From positions 248,001-312,000 of IMG/VR virus record IMGVR_UViG_3300017917_002374: a stretch of 64,000 nucleotides of DNA, one strand, 5' to 3'. The notes beneath the pieces are model-generated. The model was not told the origin of the DNA, did no database searches, and saw nothing but the letters and a program-made list of their open reading frames with translations. Position 1 is the first letter of the stretch. Every line of letters starts with the position of its first letter. The translations under genes and the position numbers were made by a program. This document shows positions 1 through 10,723 of this stretch, piece after piece.

Positions 1-1023
1 GGTACCAGCATTGGCGGCAACCTAAATGTAAGTCAAGGCGCACGTTTTAACGACCAACAGAATGCTAATCGTGACTTTTATGTACGTGGTGGCAATGATT
101 CAACCTTGATTTGGGCCAATACTAGAAGCGCATATAACCAGGTGTTGATTGGTAACAGCGCGATTGGTGCCAACTTGATCACAGGTGCTAAGTTACAAAT
201 CAACAGTACAGACAGTATTATTATACCTGTAGGTACCACAGCACAGCGTCCAGGAGCGTCGCAAGGTTATGGCACTGCCACAGCAGGTATGGTACGATTT
301 AATACTCTTACTGCTGACTTGGAATACTACACAGGTACACAATGGTTCAGTCCACAGACATCTGCGCTTACAGTAGTCACAGATGATCAGTTCTCTGGAA
401 ACGGAGTGCAAACGGAATTTGTTATCAGTCGTCCTGCTACTACCAACGGAACATTTATTACTCTAAACGGTGTGGTACAGCACCCAAGTGTTGCTTACAA
501 CACATTCTCTGCAAACAGCACAGTGGTGTTTACAGAAGCACCGGCAGTAGGCGATGCAATTGACATTCGTACAGTAACACTCACATCTGAAGTGGTTGGT
601 TTAAGTGCGCCATTGGGATATGTTACCATTGTGGCAGAGAACGAAAGTTTAAAAATAACCACAGGTGAAACTGCTGCAAATGTACGTTACGAATTTTTAA
701 ATGACGGTGCTTTACTGTACAGACCAGCTAATCTTGCTGTTGGACAAAGTCAGACTATTGTGGATAGCTTTGACAAAGCACAAATTCGCAGTGCCAAATA
801 TGTTATCAATGTTGAGCATTTTGGCGAGTACGAAACCAGCGAAGTTATGGTGTTGCACGACGGAACAACTGCATATCGTACTCAGTACAACAAGATATTC
901 ACAGGCAATGCAGGCCTGGGCAGTGTAACCGCAGCAGTGGTAGGAGCAAACGTGTATGTTTACTACACAGGCACTTATACTGGCAATTATGTGAAGTATA
1001 AAGCGGACTACGTGGGTGTATAA
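1..1023 (+). CDS. Tail fibre/virion structural protein, C-terminal part (5' truncated by window)
   Basis: Frame is open from base 1 to TAA at 1023. Carries GTTAQRP...GMVRFNT, FSGNGVQTEF...LNGVVQHP and C-terminal DSFDKAQIRSAKY...EVMVLHDG modules typical of T4-like fibre proteins. Confidence 0.75.
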   Translation, partial: GTSIGGNLNVSQGARFNDQQNANRDFYVRGGNDSTLIWANTRSAYNQVLIGNSAIGANLITGAKLQINSTDSIIIPVGTTAQRPGASQGYGTATAGMVRFNTLTADLEYYTGTQWFSPQTSALTVVTDDQFSGNGVQTEFVISRPATTNGTFITLNGVVQHPSVAYNTFSANSTVVFTEAPAVGDAIDIRTVTLTSEVVGLSAPLGYVTIVAENESLKITTGETAANVRYEFLNDGALLYRPANLAVGQSQTIVDSFDKAQIRSAKYVINVEHFGEYETSEVMVLHDGTTAYRTQYNKIFTGNAGLGSVTAAVVGANVYVYYTGTYTGNYVKYKADYVGV

Positions 1024-1048
1024 GGTAAATAAGGTATAGGAAACACAA

Positions 1049-1234
1049 ATGGCCAATTCATATTTTGAAGTTGATGTGGGAGTAAACGTTGGTGGCGTAA
1101 GCATCAACGGTACCACTGGCAATATAACCACTTCTGGAAACATAATTCTAAATACGACCACTGTGAATTACAGTGCTAACAGCGTGACTCCAAAAAGCTA
1201 TGTAGATAACATAGCAGTGGTTTTTGGAGTATAA
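1049..1234 (+). CDS. Small virion-associated protein (61 aa)
   Basis: TAAATA (1026-1031) and AGGA RBS upstream; C-terminus paralogous to 10500..10709. Confidence 0.7.
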   Translation: MANSYFEVDVGVNVGGVSINGTTGNITTSGNIILNTTTVNYSANSVTPKSYVDNIAVVFGV

Positions 1235-1237
1235 ATA
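1230..1237 (+). promoter_or_regulatory. T4-type late promoter TATAAATA
   Basis: Exact T4 late consensus directly upstream of the 2063-aa structural gene. Confidence 0.75.
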
Positions 1238-1263
1238 GTTAAATTACTACAAGGTAGACAAAG

Positions 1264-4200
1264 ATGGCAAGAAAATCAGTTAAAAATTATATTTTTACAC
1301 CAGGCGCAGCAAATTCTGGAACAGTAACAATCCCTGATCCGTACAAACTTGGTGACATTCTAATGATCACAAACGTCACACGTAACACTGTGATTTACAA
1401 TTTTGGTGATCCTACTAGAGGGGGCAGCGTTGCGTATACTAACAATACCAACGGCACTCTTACCAGTCCTGCAGGCACAGCTCTGAGTGCTGGTAAAAAC
1501 ATCTTTAGTAATCTAAACAATGGATTTACCACAATTACCTTGGCATTTGACACCAGCACACATAATGCTGCTGATGTATTGCAAATCTTTGTTGAAAGCG
1601 AAGAACTAAAAGTTCGTCCATATGATTTTGGTGTTGACGCTGTGGAGCGTATGAAAATTGCTGCACCACAATCCTTGATTGATGCAGACTTTGAATATGG
1701 TATGCAGCCAACCAAGTGGGTGAGTTTTGCATCCATGAATGACATGCCTTGTACTTACGAACTGCCTGGTAGTGATATATCACTAGGTGGAGGTCTTGGC
1801 AGCTATGCTACATTTATTACTGGAGGCATTAACACACCAAGTACTTTTATCTCCGGCACCGCCCAAACAAACACAATATTTGTAAACCAAGGCTATGATG
1901 GCCCTGGTGGTACTCTTACACAAAATGGTCCAAGAAGTATTCTCAACGGCTACTACATGATTGTGGCACAAGGGCAAGCTGGGCAACCAAACTGTGCAGC
2001 AGGCACTACTCATATCACACACGACTTACCGGTCACTGTTAAAAATGGTGGTATGTTCCAGCGCACCTTCACTGTGGCAAACACAGCTGGATGGAGCCCA
2101 GGTGACATCGCTTGCGTGGTTGAAATGCCAGGTGAAGGTGCTGATGCAGCCGGTATAGGAGCAAAAGTAGTTGGCACAGTGGCCACTACCGCAGTAACAG
2201 CCGGAATAACAACACTAGCAGCCAATGCAGGCGTGCTCACATCCAATGCAATTGTATTGGTTGAAACAACACAGTTTGGTGTATGGGAAGCTATGGCTGT
2301 TGTGGGCGGTACGACCTCCACTGCAACTGTAGTACGTAACATATGGGGCACCAATAGTGCCAATGCTGCTATTCCAGTTGGATCAAAGATTCGTATTATC
2401 GCTGGTACTAGCACTTATGCTAATGCCAACGTGGAAACCATGCGCATTGACAGTGTGGATTCCTACAATCAGTTCACAGTAACACGTTCATGGTTCAATG
2501 TCAACGCCAGCCCAACATTTGGTGCCAACAGTATTGTGTTTAAAGTTAATCACACAGCGAACTCTGCTGCTGTTATGGATGCAGGTAATATTGAAATTGT
2601 TCGTGGAACCACAGTGAACCCAGTTCAGTTAACTGGACAAGTAATTGAACGAGGCAGACTTGGTACAAGACCATTGAGCGCAGCAGGTCCTGGTAGTCTA
2701 GTGGTCCTGCTCACAGGTGCATTTGTGGCAGGAAATACTTCTTCACAATCGGTGGTTGCTTATGTACCTAACCATGAAATTGGCCTAGTTTCAAACTCCA
2801 ACATAGCAAACTGCTATGTAAGTACTTTGAACTTTAGTCAGGCTGTGACAGTGAGTAATATTGAAGGTGTTTATTTCAATACCATTAATGACAGAAACTA
2901 CGTAAGATATTATCCAAAAGTGCAGTTGAATCAGCTGCCTGGTCATCAGTTGAATCAAAACGATCAGCAGGCTGTGATTCGTCGTGGTGGTATCTATACT
3001 GGTGCTAATATTGTGGTAGCCAACGTTACATCCAACGTGGGTTCTCCAAGTTTGATCACAGTTAACACAGTTTATTCACATGGACTAACTCCTGGTCAGG
3101 CTGTGCAAGTGATTCTAGGAACTGGTCCGCAGAGCGCAGGACAGTTTGCTAACATCTATGAAGGTGGAACTGGTCAATTTGTTATTACCAGCACTCCTAC
3201 TCCTAAGAGTTTTACTTATGTAGGCAAACCAAACTTAATCATTCCTACGCTACAGACCATTAACTCAGGCACACCAGTTGTGGGCTCTGAAATATATGCT
3301 AACGTTACCATGTTCCCAACAGGTCTGGTAAAACATCGTGCATTTGATGGCGGTAACAACATTGGTACAAACACCCCAGCACACGGTTACGAGATGACTC
3401 GTCAAACCAAGAAATACTTCCGCTACCAGTCTGGCAAAGGCACAATGTTTACCTCTGGTACACAGTTCATGCCAACTTTCCAATTAGCAAATGTGATATC
3501 AACAGGTACCACTATTGGTAGCACAATCACGATCACAACAGAAAACGAACATGGTTTGCAAATTGGTGCAAACGTAGTGCTGTTTGGAATAAATTCCTCA
3601 GGCTACAATGCTTTCTATCGTGTGGCAACAATCACCAATGTTAACCAATTCACAGTACTGGCTACAAATGTGTTGGCTTCGGCAAATCCTAACTTCAGTA
3701 GAACAAGATCGCAGGCTACGGATTACCAAGGAGTTAATTATCCACGTTTGACCATTGTAAACTGGCATGGTAGCAAAGTGCGTTCTGGTATATTTGATGA
3801 CAGTAACGGTGTGTTCTATGAATATGATGGACAAACATTCTATGCAGTAAAACGCAGTAGCACCAATGATATTGCAGGCCGTGCTAGTATAGCAGTAGGT
3901 AGCAATCTCATGATTGGTGATAAAGACTGCCGCTGGATTGATCAACTGGCATCAGGTGATCAAATTATTATCAAAGGTATGACTCATACAGTTACTGACA
4001 TTATTACACAAAATCAACTGTATGTGACACCTGTGTATCGTGGAGTCTTCAATGCCTTTGACACACGTATCTGCAGAATCAGCGAAGAACGTACTCCGCA
4101 GCATGAATTCAATCTAGATCGCATGGACGGAACAGGTCCTAGTGGCTATGTAATGGATCTCAAGAAAATGCAGATGATTGGTATTCAGTACACCTGGTAT

Positions 4201-7200
4201 GGTGCTGGCTTTGTTGATTACATGATGAGAGCTATTGATGGTCGTATGATTATGGCGCATCGTAGCAAAGGTAACAACATCAATGACGAAGCCTACATGC
4301 GTACTGGTAATTTGCCAGCACGTTATCAAGCAGTCAATAAAGGCGCTCGTAGCTGGACCAGCAAGGCAGTCACACCAGATGCAACAGAAATTCAGTTGTA
4401 TGATGTAAGCGAATTCCCAACAGCAAATGCCACATATCCTGTGACTGTTCAAATTGACAACGAACTGATTAGTTATACAGGAGTATGGCAAGCGAACGGC
4501 AACATCACAGGTATCACTCGTGGTGCTACTCTAAACAGTTATATTCTAGGCGAACAACGCAGCCTATGGAAAGGCAGCAATGCTGGAGTGGCATGGAGTC
4601 CTCGTGGTATGCCAAGCAATGCACCTTGGGCAGCACAAGCATTTAACCCACGTACAGGTACCTGGGTAGCGGTTGCAGGATACAGCACAGGCAGTCAAGC
4701 CACTGCATACAGCAAGGACGGACATAACTGGATCGCTGGCGGCAACCTGCCAGTAAGCAGCAACTGGTTCAATGTTGCCTACGGTCAGTTGAATGGTGTA
4801 GACACATTTGTGGCTATTTCCAATACCAACAGCACAGTGAGTGCATATTCACAAGATGACGGCTTGACCTGGACTTCGTTAACACTGCCTACCACTGCAC
4901 AGTGGTCAGGTCTAGCACATGGATTTGATCAAAACAATGTACCAGTGTTTGTGGCTATTTCAGGATTTTCCGGGGTCACAGGAACCACAAGTCAAGCAAC
5001 TGCATGGCTAAAGTCAATTGGTGCAGGATGGCAATCAGGTGGTAGCTTATCAACTGCTTTACAGTGGACATCAGTGGCATTTGGTAAAACCACAGCTAAT
5101 TTGAACGTTACTACCAACAATGTGAGTGCTAGAACCAACTACTTCTGTGCCGTGGGAAGTACAGCTACATTTTCTACTGGTACCACCACATTTAACTATA
5201 GTACAGATGGCGGTGTAAGTTGGAATCCAGGTATATTGGCTTCAACTGCCGCCTGGACAGATATTGCTTTTGGTAACAATACCTGGATTGCAATCGCAGG
5301 TGGTCTGGGCGGCACAGCAGGCAGTGTGGCAAACTATGTTCACGGAAATCCTGCGTTAGCGACCTGGGCATCAACCACATTGCCGGCCACACAAGGATGG
5401 CGTAGTATCATCTGGGGCGAAATTTATGGTATGAACCAATCTGGTGTACCAAACGTTGGTCAGGCAGGTCAGTGGATGGTGGTAAGCGACACAGCTTCAA
5501 CCACAACATTTGCTTATATGACCAACCCGCATTTGCTTGGCCCAGGTGTTGCACCAACATGGTTGAGCGGCACTCTAAACACAGCAGGCAGTTATACCAG
5601 CATCTGCTGGGGTAAAGGCATGTTCACAGCACTAGCAAGTGCTCAGTGGCAAGTGCCAATCAGCACATTTGGTAATACATTTGCAACCAGCGAATTCACC
5701 AGTGCAGGTAACTGGAGAGGACTGGCACAAGGCGATGGTAACGTGGTAGCAGTTGGCTTTGGTCAAACTGTGGCACAGGCTAGCTACAATGGTGGTCGCA
5801 CCTGGCAAGCAGCAGGTACCATGGCCAGTAGCCAAAACTGGATAGCAGTTGCATACGCACCAGACATGGGCTTTGGACAAAGAGGTCGTTTTGTTGCAGT
5901 AAGCAACACCAGCGGTACTACTGTTCAGTGGCAAGATGCTGTACAGTTAGGGGCTAGCTGGAACACAACAACCACAGGTGTTGCAAGTTTATCATATTCA
6001 GATATTTGTGCAGTAAACAGAACCTTTATTGCAGTGGCTACAGGATCGCAAACCAGTATATTCTCTGCTAACGGTGCACTAGGCTTCAGTCAGATAAATC
6101 TGCCAAGCAGCAGTAACTGGAGCGGAGTTGCAGGCGGGTTGTTCCCAATCTTCCAAGGCAACACAGGCAACGTGTGGATGGTAGCAGCAGTAAGCAGCAC
6201 CAGCGGAACAATTGCTGCTTACAGTAATGTACGTTCTGCAATTCAAGGCCTAAGCACTTTACCAGACAGTGGTAACCAAGGACAGAATGTTGTAAGTTTG
6301 TGGGGTAGTGCAACACTACCAGCCACAGGCACATGGACCTGTATTGGATACGGGTACAACAGTTACAACAACACCGGAAGATTTATCGCTCTGGCTGCTA
6401 GCAGTACCAGCTCAGCAATCAGTGTTGATGGTGGACGCACTTGGACAGCAGGCGGCGCACTGCCAAGCAGCAGTTTGTGGCAGCGTGTGGCGTATGGTTC
6501 TAACGGTATTTGGGTAGCGATTGCCAACGATAGAAGCACAGTGGCAGCTTACAGTTTGAATGAGGGTGCAAGCTGGATAGCCAGCACATTACCAACTGCA
6601 TGTAACTGGACCAATGTGGTTTATCAAGATCGTCATCATCACTTTGTGGCAATTTCAGGTGATGCTACCAACGCTAGTGCAAACGTTTCTTTAAGTCGTC
6701 CAACAGCAGGTGTTGGTATGGAACACACAGCCAACACAGGTGTTAAGGTAGTAAGTGTAACAGCCAGCCCAGACTTGAATCACTGGGGTAGTGCAGTTAT
6801 CATGGACGGCGGCTTCACAGTTGACCGTACATACACATTCACCTACAACGTAACCAACTATCAAGTGGCTGCGGTAGCTGGTGTACCACAAACCATGTTT
6901 ATGATGAGACTGGCACCAACAATCAGTAACTCCTTAACAGGTGAACTGGGTGGTAAAGAACTGATCAACCGTGCGCAGGTTCTGTTACAGAGCATGTACA
7001 TCAACGTTGGTGCATCCGCTGCACGTTTCTTGGTACAGGGCGTTCTGAACCCAACCAACGTGATCAGTGCTAACTGGAGACCGTTGAATGCAACTTCAAC
7101 GTTCTTACAACCTAGCTTTACACAGTTTGTGGCTAACGCATTAGCAGCATTACCAACTGCTGGTGTACGTCAAATAATCTTTGGTGCAAACACCACTGCA

Positions 7201-7455
7201 ACTGGTATTCAAATTGGTGAAGGTGCACTATCGCATGCGGCAACTGGTGGCGAACAGTTGTTCTCCATACCAGTTACACAAACCAACTCTGGTTTCTTGG
7301 ATCTAAGTCAAATCAAGGAAATCACATCCATGGTATTGCCAGGTACTGGTATATATCCAAATGGTAACGAGATTCTTGCTATTAACATCGTTCCAGTAAC
7401 TGCTGTGGCATCAAACGTTGACATTCAGTTGACATTTATTGAATCACAAGCATAA
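1264..7455 (+). CDS. Very large virion structural protein (2063 aa) with FCCH-like beta domains and BNR/Asp-box propeller region
   Basis: N-terminal YIFTP...LMITNVT...IYNF motif, RQTKKYFRYQSGKG and QYTWYGAG motifs as in T4-like phage structural proteins; repeated SxDGGxTW / W..VAYG units. Confidence 0.8.
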   Translation: MARKSVKNYIFTPGAANSGTVTIPDPYKLGDILMITNVTRNTVIYNFGDPTRGGSVAYTNNTNGTLTSPAGTALSAGKNIFSNLNNGFTTITLAFDTSTHNAADVLQIFVESEELKVRPYDFGVDAVERMKIAAPQSLIDADFEYGMQPTKWVSFASMNDMPCTYELPGSDISLGGGLGSYATFITGGINTPSTFISGTAQTNTIFVNQGYDGPGGTLTQNGPRSILNGYYMIVAQGQAGQPNCAAGTTHITHDLPVTVKNGGMFQRTFTVANTAGWSPGDIACVVEMPGEGADAAGIGAKVVGTVATTAVTAGITTLAANAGVLTSNAIVLVETTQFGVWEAMAVVGGTTSTATVVRNIWGTNSANAAIPVGSKIRIIAGTSTYANANVETMRIDSVDSYNQFTVTRSWFNVNASPTFGANSIVFKVNHTANSAAVMDAGNIEIVRGTTVNPVQLTGQVIERGRLGTRPLSAAGPGSLVVLLTGAFVAGNTSSQSVVAYVPNHEIGLVSNSNIANCYVSTLNFSQAVTVSNIEGVYFNTINDRNYVRYYPKVQLNQLPGHQLNQNDQQAVIRRGGIYTGANIVVANVTSNVGSPSLITVNTVYSHGLTPGQAVQVILGTGPQSAGQFANIYEGGTGQFVITSTPTPKSFTYVGKPNLIIPTLQTINSGTPVVGSEIYANVTMFPTGLVKHRAFDGGNNIGTNTPAHGYEMTRQTKKYFRYQSGKGTMFTSGTQFMPTFQLANVISTGTTIGSTITITTENEHGLQIGANVVLFGINSSGYNAFYRVATITNVNQFTVLATNVLASANPNFSRTRSQATDYQGVNYPRLTIVNWHGSKVRSGIFDDSNGVFYEYDGQTFYAVKRSSTNDIAGRASIAVGSNLMIGDKDCRWIDQLASGDQIIIKGMTHTVTDIITQNQLYVTPVYRGVFNAFDTRICRISEERTPQHEFNLDRMDGTGPSGYVMDLKKMQMIGIQYTWYGAGFVDYMMRAIDGRMIMAHRSKGNNINDEAYMRTGNLPARYQAVNKGARSWTSKAVTPDATEIQLYDVSEFPTANATYPVTVQIDNELISYTGVWQANGNITGITRGATLNSYILGEQRSLWKGSNAGVAWSPRGMPSNAPWAAQAFNPRTGTWVAVAGYSTGSQATAYSKDGHNWIAGGNLPVSSNWFNVAYGQLNGVDTFVAISNTNSTVSAYSQDDGLTWTSLTLPTTAQWSGLAHGFDQNNVPVFVAISGFSGVTGTTSQATAWLKSIGAGWQSGGSLSTALQWTSVAFGKTTANLNVTTNNVSARTNYFCAVGSTATFSTGTTTFNYSTDGGVSWNPGILASTAAWTDIAFGNNTWIAIAGGLGGTAGSVANYVHGNPALATWASTTLPATQGWRSIIWGEIYGMNQSGVPNVGQAGQWMVVSDTASTTTFAYMTNPHLLGPGVAPTWLSGTLNTAGSYTSICWGKGMFTALASAQWQVPISTFGNTFATSEFTSAGNWRGLAQGDGNVVAVGFGQTVAQASYNGGRTWQAAGTMASSQNWIAVAYAPDMGFGQRGRFVAVSNTSGTTVQWQDAVQLGASWNTTTTGVASLSYSDICAVNRTFIAVATGSQTSIFSANGALGFSQINLPSSSNWSGVAGGLFPIFQGNTGNVWMVAAVSSTSGTIAAYSNVRSAIQGLSTLPDSGNQGQNVVSLWGSATLPATGTWTCIGYGYNSYNNTGRFIALAASSTSSAISVDGGRTWTAGGALPSSSLWQRVAYGSNGIWVAIANDRSTVAAYSLNEGASWIASTLPTACNWTNVVYQDRHHHFVAISGDATNASANVSLSRPTAGVGMEHTANTGVKVVSVTASPDLNHWGSAVIMDGGFTVDRTYTFTYNVTNYQVAAVAGVPQTMFMMRLAPTISNSLTGELGGKELINRAQVLLQSMYINVGASAARFLVQGVLNPTNVISANWRPLNATSTFLQPSFTQFVANALAALPTAGVRQIIFGANTTATGIQIGEGALSHAATGGEQLFSIPVTQTNSGFLDLSQIKEITSMVLPGTGIYPNGNEILAINIVPVTAVASNVDIQLTFIESQA
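4588..6700 (+). repeat. Tandem BNR/Asp-box-like beta-propeller repeats (protein level)
   Basis: Recurring ~50-aa units such as YSKDGHNW, YSQDDGLTW, YSTDGGVSW, SYNGGRTW, SVDGGRTW, SLNEGASW, each followed by LP.S..W..(V/I)A(Y/F)G. Boundaries approximate. Confidence 0.75.
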
Positions 7456-7470
7456 AGCATGTGCAAGATC

Positions 7471-7496
7471 AAAAAAGGGCCTTAGGGCCCTTTTTT
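7471..7496. terminator. Intrinsic terminator (bidirectional-type)
   Basis: AAAAAAGGGCC-TTAG-GGCCCTTTTTT immediately after the stop at 7455. Confidence 0.9.
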
Positions 7497-7514
7497 GTTA
7501 TCTAGCTCTACCCA

Positions 7515-7520
7515 TAAATA
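7515..7520 (+). promoter_or_regulatory. Late promoter core TAAATA
   Basis: CATAAATA just after the terminator and before the fibre gene at 7541. Confidence 0.65.
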
Positions 7521-7540
7521 CACTATAATCTGAGATTGTA

Positions 7541-10489
7541 ATGGCACTAACTAGACCACGTTATAGCAACATTGTTGATACAGACTACAAGGCCAGCTGT
7601 AGGGTAGTAACAACCACAAATATCACACTAGCCGGGGGTGCTCCAAACACCTATGATGGTGTTAGCCTACTGGTTGGGGATAGAATACTGGTAGCAGGAC
7701 AAAGCACCGGCAGTCAAAATGGTATCTACACTGTACAGTCCGTGGGCACAGGTAGTAATGGTACTTGGACTAGATCCATTGATGCTAACGACGGAGAGCG
7801 GCTCACAGCAGGTCTACAAACTAACATTTCAGAAGGTACCTATGCTGGAAAAAACTGGCGATTGACCACCCCGGATCCAATCACAGTAGGAGTTACCAGT
7901 TTAACCTTTGTAGAATCCTCAACCGTTGCAGCAGGTATTAATCGCAATATACAATTTAACAACTCTAACGAAATTGCCGGCGCCGCTGCACTAAATTATT
8001 TCTCTGGTAACACTTCATTGGTGGCAGCAGGCAATATCTTTGCTGGAACGATCTATACCAACCAGTTAAAATGGGAAGCAAACAGTCAGCCTGTGACCTT
8101 AACAGGCAATATTAATCCTACCATATATGTAAGCAATACCGCAGTTTCAACGGCCACAACCAAAGTTGACTCTTTGCCTGCTGTTGGAAATACCTATATA
8201 CGATGGAACATTGTAGCCAAAGATCAAGTGAACAATAGATACAGATTTGTTACTATTGAATCTGTAAACGACACAGTTGATGTATACTACAATGAATACG
8301 GCAGTGTTAAATCAAATACTTCATTTGAAGTAGCTGAATTCACCAGTAACATTACCAGCGGCAATATAAATCTTTGGGCTGTAGGCAACAGTGCCACAGT
8401 GTATGTGAATTTCCAACGTACCGTATTAGGATCATATGCTCCAACCGGATACATAAACAACTTTGGTCCCATTGGGCCTGCGGGCACTGTGGCAGAGACC
8501 AGCAGTAATATTGTGACCACTGCAACCAGTGCAGCTACTAGTACTACCACAGGTGCACTACAAGTGGCAGGTGGTGCAGGCATAGCAGGCAACGCTTATA
8601 TTGGCGGCAATGCTGTGGTTGGTACAGATCTTACTGTGCTAGGCAATTTGTATGTGCAAGGCGACTTAACAAGAATCAATGCAGCAATTATCACAGTTGA
8701 AGATTTGAATATTACCTTGGCCAACGGCGCAGCCACAGCCGGTGCAGCCAACGGTGCTGGTATTAGCGTGGATGGTCCTGCTGGTGCACAGATTGTTTAT
8801 CTTGCGTCTGGCGACAGATGGAGTTTAAACAAGGATACTAAAGTCACCAATCTGTATTCAGGTGGAATCTATTGGAGTGGCAACAATGCTGTGATGCGCA
8901 CTGGTATAAACTATTATAACAGCGACACTGCCCCTATTAATGCAAATTACGGTGACAAATGGTATGATACTACAACTGATATCTTATACGAATGGCAGAC
9001 CGGCGACGGTGCCACTGGATTCTGGGTTGATGTGGGCAGCTTGGCTATTATTGCCAACGCTAATTTATCAAATCAAGCATTTAACACAGTAAGCGCAAAC
9101 AATATCACATCCACCGGTAACATCACGGCTAGTAATGTAGTATTGGGTGGTATAGGCAGCGGATATGTGTATGCCAACAATTTTATATTCAGTCAAAACG
9201 GTGCCAGCATCTTTGACTCGTTTGGTGTTAACAGCTATGGCAACGTCAACGTTGGTCAGTATCTACCAAAGCACACTGGCAATCTGCAGGCAGCAAATGT
9301 GTATGTGGTTGGTAACGACAGCCTTACCAATACCTCAGGTGCGCTGCGGGTAATTGGCGGAGTAGGCATCACTGGTAACTTAAATTTGTATCAGCCAACC
9401 GCCAGCGGGTATTTTGCTAATATTTCTGGGTACGGACGCCCAGGCGCTGGTGTACAGGCGTGGCAATTTTACATCAATAGCAGCATAGGTGGTCCTAACA
9501 GTTGGATAAACTTTCCTGATGGGACTAACCAGTTTACAGCATATCCTGGTACATCAACCACACTGACCACTTTTGATGCTAACATTGGCACACTGTTCTT
9601 AGGTAACATCAGTACACAGGCGAACCTAGGTGCATTTCAAACCTATGCTAATTCTAATCTAAGTACTCTAACAACAAATATTACCAACTTGGTTACACAG
9701 GCCAATGCTAATACAGCAGCCTACTTAACAACCTACAGTGGCAATGTATCCGCTGGCAATTTAAATGTAGGAAACTATGCTAATATTTTTATTACCACTG
9801 GGTCTACTGCAAATAAAAGTGCTTTGACTATTGCAGGCAACATATATGGCCGCGGCGGGGTAGGCTACCTAGATGCACTTCAATTGACCAATAATTACAG
9901 TTTAGGAACCAATCCTAGCAAGTACATACGTGTGGGTCCAACTGGTACTTTTGAGATCATCAACAATGCCTACACACAAAACATATTCAGTTTGAGTGAT
10001 GCTGGGGCACTTACTATCCCAGGGCAACTTTTTATTGGCGGAGCGCAAACAACCAATGGTCCTGCTTTTGCTGCCTATGCAGCCGCGGTACTACAAACTA
10101 TCACCTCAGGTAGTCAACAGAAAGTACTGTTCCAGACCGAAGAGTATGATACCAACAGCAACTATGCTAATTCAAGATTCACACCTACAATTGCAGGATA
10201 CTATCAACTCAATGCTGAAGTTAGACTTGACGGAGCCAGCGGCACAGGTGAAATGATGATTATTCTTTACAAGAATGGTGGAGAATACAAACGCGGCACA
10301 AATCAAAGCGGAACACAAATTGCTTCTAACTTCTGGGCCATGCAAGTGAGCAGCGTAGTATATGCCAATGGTACAGGGGATTATTTTGAAATATATGTTC
10401 AACAAGGTTCAGGCGGAAACGTCACTGTGACCGCGGTTAACAACCCAGCTATCACCTGGTTTAATGGTTGCATGCTACGAGGAGCATAA
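7541..10489 (+). CDS. Tail fibre protein (982 aa) with C-terminal C1q/TNF-like domain
   Basis: N-terminal DYKASCRVVTT...GDRILV..Q....NGIY motif, STTTGALQVAGG repeat, FPDGT.Q.TA motif, C-terminal PAFAAY...EEYDTN...RFTPTIAGYYQ...WFNG. Confidence 0.8.
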   Translation: MALTRPRYSNIVDTDYKASCRVVTTTNITLAGGAPNTYDGVSLLVGDRILVAGQSTGSQNGIYTVQSVGTGSNGTWTRSIDANDGERLTAGLQTNISEGTYAGKNWRLTTPDPITVGVTSLTFVESSTVAAGINRNIQFNNSNEIAGAAALNYFSGNTSLVAAGNIFAGTIYTNQLKWEANSQPVTLTGNINPTIYVSNTAVSTATTKVDSLPAVGNTYIRWNIVAKDQVNNRYRFVTIESVNDTVDVYYNEYGSVKSNTSFEVAEFTSNITSGNINLWAVGNSATVYVNFQRTVLGSYAPTGYINNFGPIGPAGTVAETSSNIVTTATSAATSTTTGALQVAGGAGIAGNAYIGGNAVVGTDLTVLGNLYVQGDLTRINAAIITVEDLNITLANGAATAGAANGAGISVDGPAGAQIVYLASGDRWSLNKDTKVTNLYSGGIYWSGNNAVMRTGINYYNSDTAPINANYGDKWYDTTTDILYEWQTGDGATGFWVDVGSLAIIANANLSNQAFNTVSANNITSTGNITASNVVLGGIGSGYVYANNFIFSQNGASIFDSFGVNSYGNVNVGQYLPKHTGNLQAANVYVVGNDSLTNTSGALRVIGGVGITGNLNLYQPTASGYFANISGYGRPGAGVQAWQFYINSSIGGPNSWINFPDGTNQFTAYPGTSTTLTTFDANIGTLFLGNISTQANLGAFQTYANSNLSTLTTNITNLVTQANANTAAYLTTYSGNVSAGNLNVGNYANIFITTGSTANKSALTIAGNIYGRGGVGYLDALQLTNNYSLGTNPSKYIRVGPTGTFEIINNAYTQNIFSLSDAGALTIPGQLFIGGAQTTNGPAFAAYAAAVLQTITSGSQQKVLFQTEEYDTNSNYANSRFTPTIAGYYQLNAEVRLDGASGTGEMMIILYKNGGEYKRGTNQSGTQIASNFWAMQVSSVVYANGTGDYFEIYVQQGSGGNVTVTAVNNPAITWFNGCMLRGA

Positions 10490-10499
10490 GGATAACACA

Positions 10500-10709
10500 A
10501 TGTCATTTCCAACATCGCCAATAAACGGACAACAAGTCACAGTAAATGGAGTCACTTATGTGTATGTAAGTGCTAAAAACGCCTGGAATAGAATTACAGG
10601 ATCATTTTCAGTAATTGGTGATATTACATTGGCAAATGTAAGCTATCAAGCCAACAGTGCCATACCAAAAAGCTATGCTGATTCTATTTCAGTAGTGTTT
10701 GGATTTTAA
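10500..10709 (+). CDS. Small virion-associated protein (69 aa)
   Basis: AAGGA RBS before ATG 10500; N-terminal MSFPTSP..GQ motif (shared with 51299) and C-terminal PKSYAD...VVFGF (shared with 1049). Confidence 0.7.
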   Translation: MSFPTSPINGQQVTVNGVTYVYVSAKNAWNRITGSFSVIGDITLANVSYQANSAIPKSYADSISVVFGF

Positions 10710-10723
10710 CAAGGTAAAGCAAC

